This document shows positions 10,008 through 19,695 of a DNA stretch of 64,000 nucleotides, one piece after another. Source of the DNA: an uncultured Gemmatimonadales bacterium. Its GTDB lineage: Bacteria > Gemmatimonadota > Gemmatimonadetes > Longimicrobiales > RSA9. The translations under genes were made by a program, and so were the position numbers. Under the pieces are notes generated by a model. It was given only the letters and a program-made list of their open reading frames with translations, was not told where the DNA came from and did no database searches. Position 1 is the stretch's first letter. Each line of letters starts with the position of its first letter. The stretch covers positions 448,001-512,000 of the forward strand of contig CAWAMW010000017.1 in assembly GCA_963783305.1 (NCBI GenBank). The letters run 5' to 3'.

Positions 10008-13000
10008 ATGCTCGCTGTCCGCACGATCGATGTCGCACTTCGCGCCTTCGCACGCGAGGCCCCGGGAGCTCGCGAGGCCGGTGGCGGCCGCGCGTGTGCC
10101 ACCGCCCGTGCGCTGACCGCCGCCGTCTGGCTGATCGCCGCGGCCACGCTGATCACCGCCGCCCCGGCGGCCGGGCAGGTCGTCGCGCCGTCGGTCCTGG
10201 TGGGCACCGTCGCCGACTCGGCGGGCCAGGCCATCGATGGGGCGGAGGTCACCGCGTCCCGACCGGGCATCACCGGGGAGCACACCACGACCACGGGTGA
10301 GGACGGCCGGTTCATCCTCCCGCGGCTTCCCCCCGGCGACTACCACGTACGTGTCCGGTCGTTCGGGTACCGCGACCTGGAGCGGGCCGCGAGCCTGGCG
10401 CCGGGCGCCACCGTCGTCCTCGATCTCGTGCTCGCCACCGATGCCTTCGCGGTGGACGAAGTGAGGGTCGAGGTGGCGGCCAATCCGCGTTTCGACCGCA
10501 CCCGTACCGGCACCGGCACCACACTCACGGCCGAGGCCATCCGGGCGGTGCCCACCGTGGAGCGGAGCCTCGAGCGACTGGCGGAGCTCTCGCCCGTCGT
10601 CTCCTCGACGCGCGGCGGCGGCCTCTCCATCTCCGGCCAGAACGCCCGCTACAACGCCGTGATGATCGACGGCGCCATGCACCAGGACCACTTCGGCGCC
10701 ACGTCCAGCGGGGTGCCCGGCAGCGAGGCCCGGGCCCGCGCGCTGCCGCTCGACGCCGTGGAGGACTTCGAGGTGGAGGCCGCGCCCTTCGACGTCCGCA
10801 GGAGCGGGTTCACCGGTGGGCTCCTCAACGCCGTCACCCGCCGCGGCACCGACGCGTGGCACGGCTCGCTGGGTGTGGACTACCGGAACGAGCGGTTCTT
10901 CGGCGAGCTGGTCGTCGATGGCGCGGACCTCACGCCCGCCTCCTACCGCAAGCAGGTCCTCACGGGCACGCTGGGCGGCCCCATCCTCCGCGACCGGCTC
11001 CACGTGTTCCTCGCCGCCGAGGTCGACTCCCGCCTAGAGCCGCCCCTCGGGTACTCCCTCGGCCCCGGCACCTCCACCGTCCACACCCGCGTCGACGCCG
11101 ACTCCGCCGCCTCACTCGCCACCATTCTCGAAGACGTATACGACCTCGAGGGAGGCGAGCCCGGGGCCTACGACCTCGACAACCTGAGCGGCAACGCGTT
11201 CGCCCGCGTCGACTGGCGCATCGGCCCGGACCACGAGCTCACGTCCCACCTGAACCTCGTGTCGGCCTCGCGGGACGTGCCCGCGAACCGCACACCGGTG
11301 GGCGCCTACGAGCTTTCCTCCAGCGGGTACGCGGTCGAGAGCACCACCATCGGGGCCATGGCGCGCCTGAAGTCCCGGCTCTCCCCCGCGCTGGAGAACG
11401 AGCTCACCCTCAACCTCCAGCGCACCCGCGACCGCCGCGAGCCCGCCGCCCGATTCCCCCAGATCGATGTGGAGGTCCGCAGCGAGCTCACTCGCGGCGA
11501 GCTCGACGGCTACCTCCTCCAGCGGACGCTCCGCGCCGGCGCCGGCTACATGGACCAGCGGAGCGACCTCGGCCAGACCATCCTCCAGCTCTCCGACGCC
11601 CTGTCCTGGGAGCGCGGCCCCCTCACCACCACCTTCGGCGCCGGCATCGACCTCTACCGCTTCAGCCACGACGTGCTGCCCGGCGCCCTCGGCTACTACC
11701 GGTTCGACTCCCTCGACGAGCTCCGGGCGAACACGCCGTCGTACTACGAGCGGAGAGTTCTCCAGGAGGGGGCACCCGAAGGACCCGTCCGGTTCACGGT
11801 CGCGCAGCCGAGCGCGCTCGTCCAGAACGAGCACATCTTTCCCGACGGTCTGATCATGTACTACGGGATCCGCGCCGACGTCCCGCTCTTCCTCACCGAG
11901 CCCGATCACAATCCCGCCATCCAGGATGCGTTCGACCGCCGTACCGACCGCCTGCCGTCCGGCCATTTCCTGATCTCGCCCAGGGTCGGCATCAACTGGC
12001 AGAGCGACCGGAAGTACATGACGCAGATCCGCGGCGGCGGCGGGGTCTTCACCGGTCGGCTCCCCTACGTCTGGCTCGCCGACGCGTATGCCAGGACCGG
12101 GCTCCGGACCGAGGTCCTCTCCTGTTCCGGCTTCACCGCTCCGGACCTCCAGGCTGGCACCGCCCCCGCGACGTGCGCGGGCAGCATCCCCGGCGATCGC
12201 GCCGCCAATGTCCTGGTCTTCGACCCCGACTTCCGCGTCCCCCGCGAGATCAAGACCTCCCTCGCCGTTGACCAGCGGCTCCCCTTCGGACTCATCGCGT
12301 CCGCCGAGGTTCTCCTGGTCCAGACGCTGAGCCAGGTCGTGATCCGTGACCTGAACCTGGACCCCGCCGGGGCGAAGGACCGGCGGTACCTCACCATCGC
12401 CGGCCAGCGCACCCAGTTCGGCGACCCGATCCTCCCCACCGGCTACGCCCAGCGCCGACTCCTCGAGGGCTACGCCCACGTCCTGGAGATGGGCAACGAG
12501 ACGAGCAGCGGGTTCGCTCATTCCGTCACCCTCGGCCTCGAGGGGCGCTTCGGCGATCACGTCACGCTCGGCGGCTCGTATTCGTTCAACCACTCCGACG
12601 ACACCCAGAGCCTCACCTGGGGCGATGCGCTCCTCAACTATGCCACCAGCCCCGCCACCCGCGACCCGAACGAACGCGCCCGCCGGACCTCGGCGTTCAA
12701 CCGCCCGTGGAAGGCCGTCGCGTCCGCCAGAATCACCCTCCCGGACTCCTGGACCGGCGGCACCGAGCTGTCCGTCGTCTACATCGGCGAGGCCGGTACG
12801 CCGTACTCGTACGTCTATGGAGGGGACGTGAACGGCGATGGCTATCCCGGCCCCGGGATCCAGATCGACGAGAGCAACGACCTCATCAATGTCCCGCTGG
12901 ATGTGGGGGTGCTCAATGCCTCCCCCGCCACGTGGAACCTCCTGGGTCAGCTCTTCGAGCGTGAGCCGTGTCTCGCCGACGCTCGGGGCACCATCGTGCG

Positions 13001-13367
13001 TCGGAACGCCTGCCGGGGGCCGGCGTCGCACCGGGTCGACGTGCGGCTCGCACAGCCGCTCCGCTTCGGCCGCTACCGCATGGACGTGACCGCAAGCCTC
13101 CTCAACCTGCTGAACTTTCTGGACCCCTCCTGGGGCCGGGTCATCGACGTGCCACCCCTGGTTCCCGTCCTGGCGCTCCACGGCCGACTCCTCGAGAAGC
13201 TCCCGCCCGACGGCCGGCCCAACCCCAACGCCCCCCTCGGCCTCCGCTACGTCGGCCCCCTCGAGTGGGACGCCGAGCAGCAGCGGTCCACCGCCGGACT
13301 GCCCCACAGCGTGCTCGTCCCCGAATCGCAGTGGCAGGCGCAGATCGGCATGAAGCTCTCCTTCTGA
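10008..13367 (+). CDS. TonB-dependent receptor, Oar-like, with N-terminal carboxypeptidase-regulatory-like domain
   Basis: TTTGEDGRF..LPPGDY, SISGQNARYN, APFDVRRSGFTGG..NAVTR, SPRVGINW, terminal Phe. Confidence 0.9.
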   Translation: MLAVRTIDVALRAFAREAPGAREAGGGRACATARALTAAVWLIAAATLITAAPAAGQVVAPSVLVGTVADSAGQAIDGAEVTASRPGITGEHTTTTGEDGRFILPRLPPGDYHVRVRSFGYRDLERAASLAPGATVVLDLVLATDAFAVDEVRVEVAANPRFDRTRTGTGTTLTAEAIRAVPTVERSLERLAELSPVVSSTRGGGLSISGQNARYNAVMIDGAMHQDHFGATSSGVPGSEARARALPLDAVEDFEVEAAPFDVRRSGFTGGLLNAVTRRGTDAWHGSLGVDYRNERFFGELVVDGADLTPASYRKQVLTGTLGGPILRDRLHVFLAAEVDSRLEPPLGYSLGPGTSTVHTRVDADSAASLATILEDVYDLEGGEPGAYDLDNLSGNAFARVDWRIGPDHELTSHLNLVSASRDVPANRTPVGAYELSSSGYAVESTTIGAMARLKSRLSPALENELTLNLQRTRDRREPAARFPQIDVEVRSELTRGELDGYLLQRTLRAGAGYMDQRSDLGQTILQLSDALSWERGPLTTTFGAGIDLYRFSHDVLPGALGYYRFDSLDELRANTPSYYERRVLQEGAPEGPVRFTVAQPSALVQNEHIFPDGLIMYYGIRADVPLFLTEPDHNPAIQDAFDRRTDRLPSGHFLISPRVGINWQSDRKYMTQIRGGGGVFTGRLPYVWLADAYARTGLRTEVLSCSGFTAPDLQAGTAPATCAGSIPGDRAANVLVFDPDFRVPREIKTSLAVDQRLPFGLIASAEVLLVQTLSQVVIRDLNLDPAGAKDRRYLTIAGQRTQFGDPILPTGYAQRRLLEGYAHVLEMGNETSSGFAHSVTLGLEGRFGDHVTLGGSYSFNHSDDTQSLTWGDALLNYATSPATRDPNERARRTSAFNRPWKAVASARITLPDSWTGGTELSVVYIGEAGTPYSYVYGGDVNGDGYPGPGIQIDESNDLINVPLDVGVLNASPATWNLLGQLFEREPCLADARGTIVRRNACRGPASHRVDVRLAQPLRFGRYRMDVTASLLNLLNFLDPSWGRVIDVPPLVPVLALHGRLLEKLPPDGRPNPNAPLGLRYVGPLEWDAEQQRSTAGLPHSVLVPESQWQAQIGMKLSF

Positions 13368-13506
13368 GCCGGGACGGGGGGCCCCGCCCGCGCCGCACCC
13401 GGACCAGGGAGACCGCCGCCCCTCATCCCGGACTGTCGCGGCCGCCGCTCCCGGAGTACCGTATGGTTCCCGCACGTCGTGACCCGGAGCAGGAGCGCCC
13501 GACGCC

Positions 13507-15210
13507 GTGAAGTTCCTACCCGCCCAGCTCTCCTACTTCGTCGAGACCACCGCCATGCGGCGGAACGTCGCGCTCCTGATCCGGTTCATCGGGATCCTCC
13601 TGGTCATGATCGTGGCCTACAGCCTCCTCTTCCACGTCATCATGGAGTACGAGGGGCAGAACCACTCGTGGGTCACCGGCTTCTACTGGACCCTCACGGT
13701 CATGTCCACCCTGGGCTTCGGCGACATCACCTTCCAGAGCGACCTGGGCCGGATGTTCTCCATCCTGGTCATGGTCTCCGGCGTGATCTTCCTGCTCATC
13801 GTCCTGCCGTTCACCTTCATCCAGTTCTTCTACGCCCCCTGGCTCGAGGCGCAGACCCGGCGACGCGTCCCCCGCGAGCTCGACGCCTCCGTCTCCGGAC
13901 ACGTCCTGCTCGCCTCCCACGAGCCCATCGCCATCAGCCTGATCGAGCGGCTCGGAGCCGTGGGCCGCCCCTACTACGTCCTGGAGCCGGAGCTCGGCCG
14001 CGCCCTCGAGATGGAGGAGGCCGGGCTCCACGTCGTGCTCGGCAGCCCCGAGGACATCGAGACCTACCGCCGCCTCGGCGTAGACCGCGCGGCCATGATC
14101 GTCGCGAACGTGGACGACCACGTGAACACCAACATCGCGTTCACCGTCCGGGAGCTCGATGACGACGTCCCCATCGTGAGCATCGCCCGCGATCCCGCGT
14201 CCGTGGACGTCCTGGAGCTCGCCGGCTCCACAACGGTCCTCGAGCTGCCGGACATGCTCGGACGATCCCTCGCCCGCCGCATCCTCGCCGGCGACCAGCG
14301 GGTGAGCGTGGTGGGCGAGTTCGATGAGCTCCTCATCGCCGAGGCGCCCGTGGCGGGGACCCCGCTCGTGGGGAAGGTGCTGGGCGAGGGGTGGCTGCGG
14401 GAGATGACGGGGCTCACCGCCGTGGGCGCGTGGGACCGCGGACGGTTCTCCGTCCCCACTCCCGACACGCGACTGGGCCCCTCCACCGTGCTGCTCCTGG
14501 CCGGCACGGAGGAGCAGCTGCTCCAGTTCACCGAGCTCACCGCCATCTATCGACCCGGCGACGCCGCCGTGCTGATCCTCGGCGGCGGGCGCGTGGGCCG
14601 CGCCGCGGCGGCGGCGCTCCGGGAGCGAGGGCTGGACTACCGGATCGTCGAGAAGAACCCGGATCGGGTGAAGGACCCGGAGCACACCACGGTCGGGAAC
14701 GCCGCGGAGATCGAGTGCCTCGAGAGCGCCGGCATCCACGTGGCACCCACCGTGCTCGTCACCACCGCCGACGACGCCACCAACATCTACCTGACGATCT
14801 ACTGCCGCCGCCTCCGCCCCGACGTCCAGATCGTCAGCCGCGCCACCCTCGAGCGCAACGTCTCCACCCTCCACCGGGCCGGCGCCGACTTCGTCATGTC
14901 CTACGCGTCCATGGGCGCCAACGCCATCCTCAACACGCTGGAGGGCGGCGACATCGTAATGGTAGCCGAGGGCCTGGACCTCTTTCGCGTCCCCGTCCCC
15001 CCGGAGCTCCTGGGCGTCCGGCTCCGCGACTCCCGGATCCGCCAGGACACCGGCTGCCACCTCGTCGCGTTCCAGACGGAGGACGGCGTCCGGACCAACC
15101 CGCCCCCCGATTCCGGGATCCCCGCCACACCCGGCAGCGAGATGATCCTCGTCGGCACCACCCACGACGAGCAGCGCTTCATGGAACGCTACAACGCCTC
15201 ACGCGCCTGA
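13507..15210 (+). CDS. Potassium channel protein (2-TM pore plus TrkA-N/TrkA-C RCK domains)
   Basis: Filter TVMSTLGFGDI; Rossmann motif ILGGGRVG; repeated RCK segments. Confidence 0.9.
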   Translation: MKFLPAQLSYFVETTAMRRNVALLIRFIGILLVMIVAYSLLFHVIMEYEGQNHSWVTGFYWTLTVMSTLGFGDITFQSDLGRMFSILVMVSGVIFLLIVLPFTFIQFFYAPWLEAQTRRRVPRELDASVSGHVLLASHEPIAISLIERLGAVGRPYYVLEPELGRALEMEEAGLHVVLGSPEDIETYRRLGVDRAAMIVANVDDHVNTNIAFTVRELDDDVPIVSIARDPASVDVLELAGSTTVLELPDMLGRSLARRILAGDQRVSVVGEFDELLIAEAPVAGTPLVGKVLGEGWLREMTGLTAVGAWDRGRFSVPTPDTRLGPSTVLLLAGTEEQLLQFTELTAIYRPGDAAVLILGGGRVGRAAAAALRERGLDYRIVEKNPDRVKDPEHTTVGNAAEIECLESAGIHVAPTVLVTTADDATNIYLTIYCRRLRPDVQIVSRATLERNVSTLHRAGADFVMSYASMGANAILNTLEGGDIVMVAEGLDLFRVPVPPELLGVRLRDSRIRQDTGCHLVAFQTEDGVRTNPPPDSGIPATPGSEMILVGTTHDEQRFMERYNASRA

Positions 15211-15340
15211 GCGCAGCGAAGCGTCCGATAGCGAGCGCAGCGAAGCGTCCGATAGCGAGCGCAGCGGAGCGTTCGATAGCGAAGCGCAGCGGAGCGTTCG
15301 ATAGCGAAGCGTTCGATAGGGAGCGCAGCGACCGTTCGCT
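15209..15340. repeat. Tandem 24-25 bp repeat (GAGCGCAGCGAAGCGTCCGATAGC, about 5 degenerate copies)
   Basis: Units start at 15209, 15233, 15257 and 15281, followed by partial copies; lies between convergent genes. Confidence 0.9.
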
Positions 15341-15722
15341 AGAACGGCATGTCGTCGTCGACATCCCCCGACGGCTCCGGCCACGGCTCGCCCGCACCCG
15401 CGCCCGGCGCGCCCGGTCCGCCCGCGGCGCCGGCACCGCCCGCGCCGCCGTCCGTGATCTTCTCCACTCGCCACGCCTTCACGTCCGTGTACCAGCGGCC
15501 GTTGTACTCCCGGCTCTGGATGTCCACGTGGGCCGTCAGCCGCTCACCCTCGCGCACCGCGAACGTGTCGATGTTCTCGCCCCACTGCGTGATGCAGACC
15601 GGCTTCGGGTAGCTGTCCTCGGTCTCCAGGATGAAGTCCTGCTTCCGCCACGGCCCGTTCTTGCCCGTGCCGGACTGCTCCTCGAGGACCTGCGTGACCT
15701 TCCCGGTGATCGTGTTGTCCAT
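15339..15722 (-). CDS. DUF3127-family OB-fold protein (SSB-like)
   Basis: ITGKV..WRKQDFILET..YPK..SREYNGRWYTDVKAW; Gly/Ala/Pro linker; acidic tail DDDMPF. Confidence 0.88.
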   Translation of the reverse strand: MDNTITGKVTQVLEEQSGTGKNGPWRKQDFILETEDSYPKPVCITQWGENIDTFAVREGERLTAHVDIQSREYNGRWYTDVKAWRVEKITDGGAGGAGAAGGPGAPGAGAGEPWPEPSGDVDDDMPF

Positions 15723-16050
15723 GGCGCTCTCTGGTCGTTGTCATGATAGGGGTCATCCAGCGGGTCCAACCCGCGCTCGTAGAGGGGTACTCGAAGAGGG
15801 GGAGAAGGTTTCCTCCGCGCCCGCGCCGGACGCGGACGTCGTGATCGCAGCCGCGAGCGGCCGAGGCGCCCGCGAGTGCTGCGAACACCATGACTATCCT
15901 GCTGTCTGCGGCTCTCGACCTCCCGAACCGCACTCGTGGATGCGAACGCCCGGATATTCACGGTCTTTGCAGCCGCCGCTCTCGCGCCCGCCATCCCGGG
16001 CTGCGAACACCCACCACGGAAGCGCACCGGCAGGTCGGAATGGACGCGCG

Positions 16051-17013
16051 CTATTGCGCTGGCCCTTCGTCCGCGTCAGCCGGCTCGATGGAAAGATAGA
16101 TGGTTGCCGACAGCGGCAGTCCGGTCTCGCGTGGCGGGGCTTCAATGCCGAGACGCGGTGCCCGGGGCGCGGGAACCAGCAGGAGGGCGAGCGCCATGGC
16201 CGATGCCGCGGCAGCGGCGAGGGCGGCCTGCTTCCTGCCCCCTCTGTCGCGCGCCGTGATCAGCCGGATCCGTCGTTCCAGCTCGCTCCGCCCGGAGGCG
16301 AGGCCGGTGGAAGGGAGCAGGGGTGCCCGGCTCGGCCTCCCCGCCACCTCGAGGAGCGCTCGTGCATACGTCCGGGCGTCGCCCGTCGCGGCGAGAACGC
16401 GCGCATCGCAATCGCTCTCGACGGCGCCGCGCAAACGGTGGAGCTGCCACCAGAGCGGAAGCGACCACGGCAGGAGCGAGACGAGAACGACCGCGCCGAG
16501 CAGCAGTCGCGTGTCCGCGGCCCTGACATGCTCGACCTCGTGCAGGAGAATGACCCGCCGGAGGCACGGCGCGGCGTCCAGCACCCACTCCGGGAACACG
16601 ATCCTGGGACGCGCCGCTCCGATCACCCCGGGGCCGAAGCCCGGAGCCACCAGGACGAGCTGCCCCGCCACGGACCGCCTCCGCCACAGCCGCTCGTTCC
16701 GCCGCAGCGTCCAGTCCGAGAGCCGCACGTTCGAGAGCAGGATCAGGCTCACGGCGGCCCATGCGGCCGCAGCCGCCCATCCCATCAAGAACGGATGCGG
16801 GCCTGTCGGCAGCTCGCGCCAGAACGTCGGCTCCACCATCGAGGCGCCACCGCCCAGGAGGTGCACGAGGGGGACCGCCACCGACAGGACCATGGCGCCG
16901 GCCCACGCCCAGCGCGCCGGACGACCCAGCCGCCGAAGCGCACCCTCCGCTACGAAGCCCGCCGCGCCTGCGCCGCAGCCGATCGCCGTCACGTACACGA
17001 TCCAGGCGAGCAT
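16051..17013 (-). CDS. M56-family (BlaR1/MecR1-like) metallopeptidase without a penicillin-binding sensor domain
   Basis: GPGVIG..RPRIVFP, LHEVEH (HExxH), WW..RLR.AVESDCD, YARALL, LERRIRLI. Confidence 0.9.
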   Translation of the reverse strand: MLAWIVYVTAIGCGAGAAGFVAEGALRRLGRPARWAWAGAMVLSVAVPLVHLLGGGASMVEPTFWRELPTGPHPFLMGWAAAAAWAAVSLILLSNVRLSDWTLRRNERLWRRRSVAGQLVLVAPGFGPGVIGAARPRIVFPEWVLDAAPCLRRVILLHEVEHVRAADTRLLLGAVVLVSLLPWSLPLWWQLHRLRGAVESDCDARVLAATGDARTYARALLEVAGRPSRAPLLPSTGLASGRSELERRIRLITARDRGGRKQAALAAAAASAMALALLLVPAPRAPRLGIEAPPRETGLPLSATIYLSIEPADADEGPAQ

Positions 17014-17384
17014 CAGCTCTCGCCCCCCAGCTGCTCGTCGATCAGCTCCCTCAGCCGCCTCAGCTCCGACTCCGGCAGGTCGCGCTCCCGGATCAGCTCC
17101 GTCACGAGCAGCGCCGGCGAGCCGCCGAACAACCGGCCGACCAGCCGCCGCACCGCGCTGTGCGCCGCCTGGTCGCGCTCCACCAGAACGTGGTACCGGT
17201 GCGCCCGCCCCTCCGCTTCATGGCCGACGTACCCCTTCTCCTCCAGGATCCGGAGCATGGTCAGCACCGTGTTGTACGCCAGGTCGTCACTCAACCGCTC
17301 CCGCACCTCGGCCACGGTCGCCGGCCCGTCCTGCCACAGGACCGCCATGATGTCCGACTCGCGCTCGGTGAACGAAATCTCCAC
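17013..17384 (-). CDS. BlaI/MecI/CopY-family repressor
   Basis: FTERESDIMAVLW, TVAEV, LAYNTVLTMLRILEEKGYV, LFGGS; GGAGG RBS before GTG; TGATG coupling to the M56 gene. Confidence 0.93.
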   Translation of the reverse strand: MEISFTERESDIMAVLWQDGPATVAEVRERLSDDLAYNTVLTMLRILEEKGYVGHEAEGRAHRYHVLVERDQAAHSAVRRLVGRLFGGSPALLVTELIRERDLPESELRRLRELIDEQLGGES

Positions 17385-17440
17385 GGCCACACCTCCTTCC
17401 GGATCGGTCTCTGCCCCAAGTTGTGTCCGCGGCGCCGGGC

Positions 17441-17464
17441 TGTCAACCAAATCCTTAGTTGACA
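17441..17464. promoter_or_regulatory. Palindromic operator, probable BlaI-family site
   Basis: TGTCAACCAAATCCTTAGTTGACA inverted repeat, with TTGACA on both strands, between divergent genes. Confidence 0.75.
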
Positions 17465-17551
17465 CGGGCCATAGCGACGGCCTACCTTGAACTAAAGGCT
17501 CAGGAATGGGGCCGGCTCCGGCCTCACCATGGGACCCGGACGGAGAGGACG

Positions 17552-18094
17552 ATGACACGACTCGCTCGGACCGTACCCGTCCTCGGTGTGCTCCTCGCCG
17601 CGGCGCTGCTCATCCCGTCGCTGGTCTCGGCACAGCACTTCCCGGAAGACGAGGATCTGGCGGTCATGCTCCGCTACCTGGTGGAGGACGGCGAGACGCC
17701 GGGGATCGTGCTCGGGGTGATGGAGCGGGATGGCTCGTCGGTGCGACGCGCGTCGAAGATCAGCGGCCGCACGCCGCCTCCGCGGGAGGTTGCCGGAAAT
17801 GCCCGTGAGCAGGGGCTGGCGGTGACGGCCGAGGACATGGCGCGCTACGCGGGGACGTACGCGCTCCAGGGGCTGCCGGCTCCCGTCGAGCTGCGGATGT
17901 GGGGGCGGAACGGGGTGCTGATGGCGCAGACGCCGCCGCAGAACGAGGAGCCGCTCATCAGGACGGGCGAGAACACGTTCGCGTTGTCGGACAACACCAA
18001 CATCCGGCTCGTGTTCGACGTCGTCGAGGGGCGGGCGGTGCGCGCGACGCTCCCTATGGGGGGACGCGCGATCCCGGGGATACGGAAGAGATAG
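17552..18094 (+). CDS. Internally deleted serine-hydrolase paralog (signal peptide, first helices and DUF3471-like C-terminal domain only); possible pseudogene
   Basis: AQHFPEDEDLAVMLRYLVEDG..PGIVLG matches the next gene's N-terminus, then jumps to MARYAGTY...; no catalytic domain. Confidence 0.7.
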   Translation: MTRLARTVPVLGVLLAAALLIPSLVSAQHFPEDEDLAVMLRYLVEDGETPGIVLGVMERDGSSVRRASKISGRTPPPREVAGNAREQGLAVTAEDMARYAGTYALQGLPAPVELRMWGRNGVLMAQTPPQNEEPLIRTGENTFALSDNTNIRLVFDVVEGRAVRATLPMGGRAIPGIRKR

Positions 18095-18098
18095 AGGG

Positions 18099-19625
18099 AT
18101 GGCCAGCTTTACGACGCAATGTCTCGGTCCGTTTCTGGCGACCGTAGCCGTGCTCGCTCCCGCGCCGGCACAGGCGCAGCACTTCCCGTCGGAGGAGGAG
18201 CTGGCTCTCCTGCTCCGGTATCGGGCCGAGGACGGAGCGGCACCCGCCGTCGCTCTCGGGCTCCTCGACCAGGACGGCTCCACCTCCGTCCTCACCGCCG
18301 GCGACGCCGGCCCGGGAGCCGCCCCCCTCGGGCCCGGCTCCGTCTTCGAGCTGGGTGATCTGACCATGACCTTCACGGCGACCCTGCTCGCCGTAATGGC
18401 GGAGCGCGGCGAGGTCTCGCTCGACGATCCTGTCGCCCGCTACCTCCCGGAGAGCGTCCAGCTCCCGTCGGTGGGCGGTCGTGAGATCACGCTCGTCGAC
18501 CTGGCCCGGCACCGGTCCGGTCTGCCCGCTGACGCGCCGGAGCCTCAGGACGCGTTCACCGTCGAGGACCTGTACGACGTGGTGTCGAGGGCGAAGCTCG
18601 AATACCCACCGGGCCAGGAGCACGAGTTCTCGCACATCGGCTACGGCCTCCTCGGCCACGCGCTGGCCCGGTCGGCCGGGCTCCGCTTCCCGGACCTGCT
18701 GCGGAGCCGCGTGCTGGAGCCGCTGGGAATGGAGCATACGGGGTTCGCACTCGAGGGGGAGATCGAGGACCGGATGGTCCGGGGCCACGCCCGCGGCGAG
18801 GTCGTCCCGTTCGAGATGCCGACGGAAGCACTGCAGGGCGCTACGGGGCTGCGATCGACTCCGACGGACATGCTCGCCTACCTCGAGGCGAACGCCCGCC
18901 CGCCGGACACCGAGCTCGGCCGGGCCATGCGTTTGGCCCAGCAGGTTCCCGGGTCGGACCCCACGGGGGAGGGCCGGGGGTTCTCATGGCGCCGGTACGC
19001 CGGGGGCGGCGGACGGGAGCCACTGCTCGTGACGCACGGGGGCCGGACCGGAGGATTCACCTCGCTGATCACCCTCGACCGCGAGCGGGGCATCGGCACC
19101 GTCTTCCTTGCCAGCAGCAGCGACACCCGACCGTGGGTCAGTCGAAACCTGCTCTGGCTGGACCCCTGGCCCTCGGAGCCCGCGCACCATGTGGATCCGA
19201 CCATCGCCGGGCGGTACGCGGGGACGTACAGTACGACCGTCGGGCGGTACACGGCCGTCCCGGACGCGGGCCGGTACTTCATCCGGCTCGAGGAAGAGGG
19301 CCGGCTCACATATCAGCGACCCGGGGGCGTCCGGGTCCCGCTCCAGCCCCGGACGGACAGCACCTTCTACATGGTCGGAGTCCCGTACACCCTCTCGTTC
19401 CATGAGCAGGGGGACCGGATGCGGTTCATCGCGTCCCTGGACGAGCGGGAGCCGCCACGGCAGCGGGGTCAGCGGTGGGTCGCCTGGAGGGTGAACGAGG
19501 AAACGCCCCCCCTGGATGAGGCGTCGGCGCCGTCGGCGAGCTTCCGGATCGCCCTCATGTTGCTGCTCGCGGGCGTCGCGGTGGCCGTGGCGCGTTCGCT
19601 CTGGCGGAGACGGCGCCGGGCCTGA
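18099..19625 (+). CDS. Beta-lactamase/AmpC-family serine-hydrolase homolog with catalytic motifs lost and a C-terminal membrane anchor
   Basis: Fold motifs SLDDPV.RYLP, ITLVDLARHRSGLP, VLEPLGM and HGGRTGGF are present. FEIGSxxK reads FELGDLTM and YSN reads FSH. Confidence 0.85.
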   Translation: MASFTTQCLGPFLATVAVLAPAPAQAQHFPSEEELALLLRYRAEDGAAPAVALGLLDQDGSTSVLTAGDAGPGAAPLGPGSVFELGDLTMTFTATLLAVMAERGEVSLDDPVARYLPESVQLPSVGGREITLVDLARHRSGLPADAPEPQDAFTVEDLYDVVSRAKLEYPPGQEHEFSHIGYGLLGHALARSAGLRFPDLLRSRVLEPLGMEHTGFALEGEIEDRMVRGHARGEVVPFEMPTEALQGATGLRSTPTDMLAYLEANARPPDTELGRAMRLAQQVPGSDPTGEGRGFSWRRYAGGGGREPLLVTHGGRTGGFTSLITLDRERGIGTVFLASSSDTRPWVSRNLLWLDPWPSEPAHHVDPTIAGRYAGTYSTTVGRYTAVPDAGRYFIRLEEEGRLTYQRPGGVRVPLQPRTDSTFYMVGVPYTLSFHEQGDRMRFIASLDEREPPRQRGQRWVAWRVNEETPPLDEASAPSASFRIALMLLLAGVAVAVARSLWRRRRRA

Positions 19626-19695
19626 AGCGCCCGCGGTCCGGCCTGGCACCGGCCGATAACCGGATCCAGCGCCGGCTGCCGCGTCAGAACCGGGC

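Noticed and set aside
11112..13475. Long antisense ORFs (also 1176-2867, 13516-15165, 55422-58394, 61183-63198)
   Set aside because: Shadow frames opposite well-supported genes, as expected at high GC; no family motifs.
15209..15340. CRISPR array
   Set aside because: Units are contiguous with no unique spacers, and there are no cas genes in the window.
18099..19625. Beta-lactam resistance gene
   Set aside because: SxxK and YxN catalytic motifs are missing.
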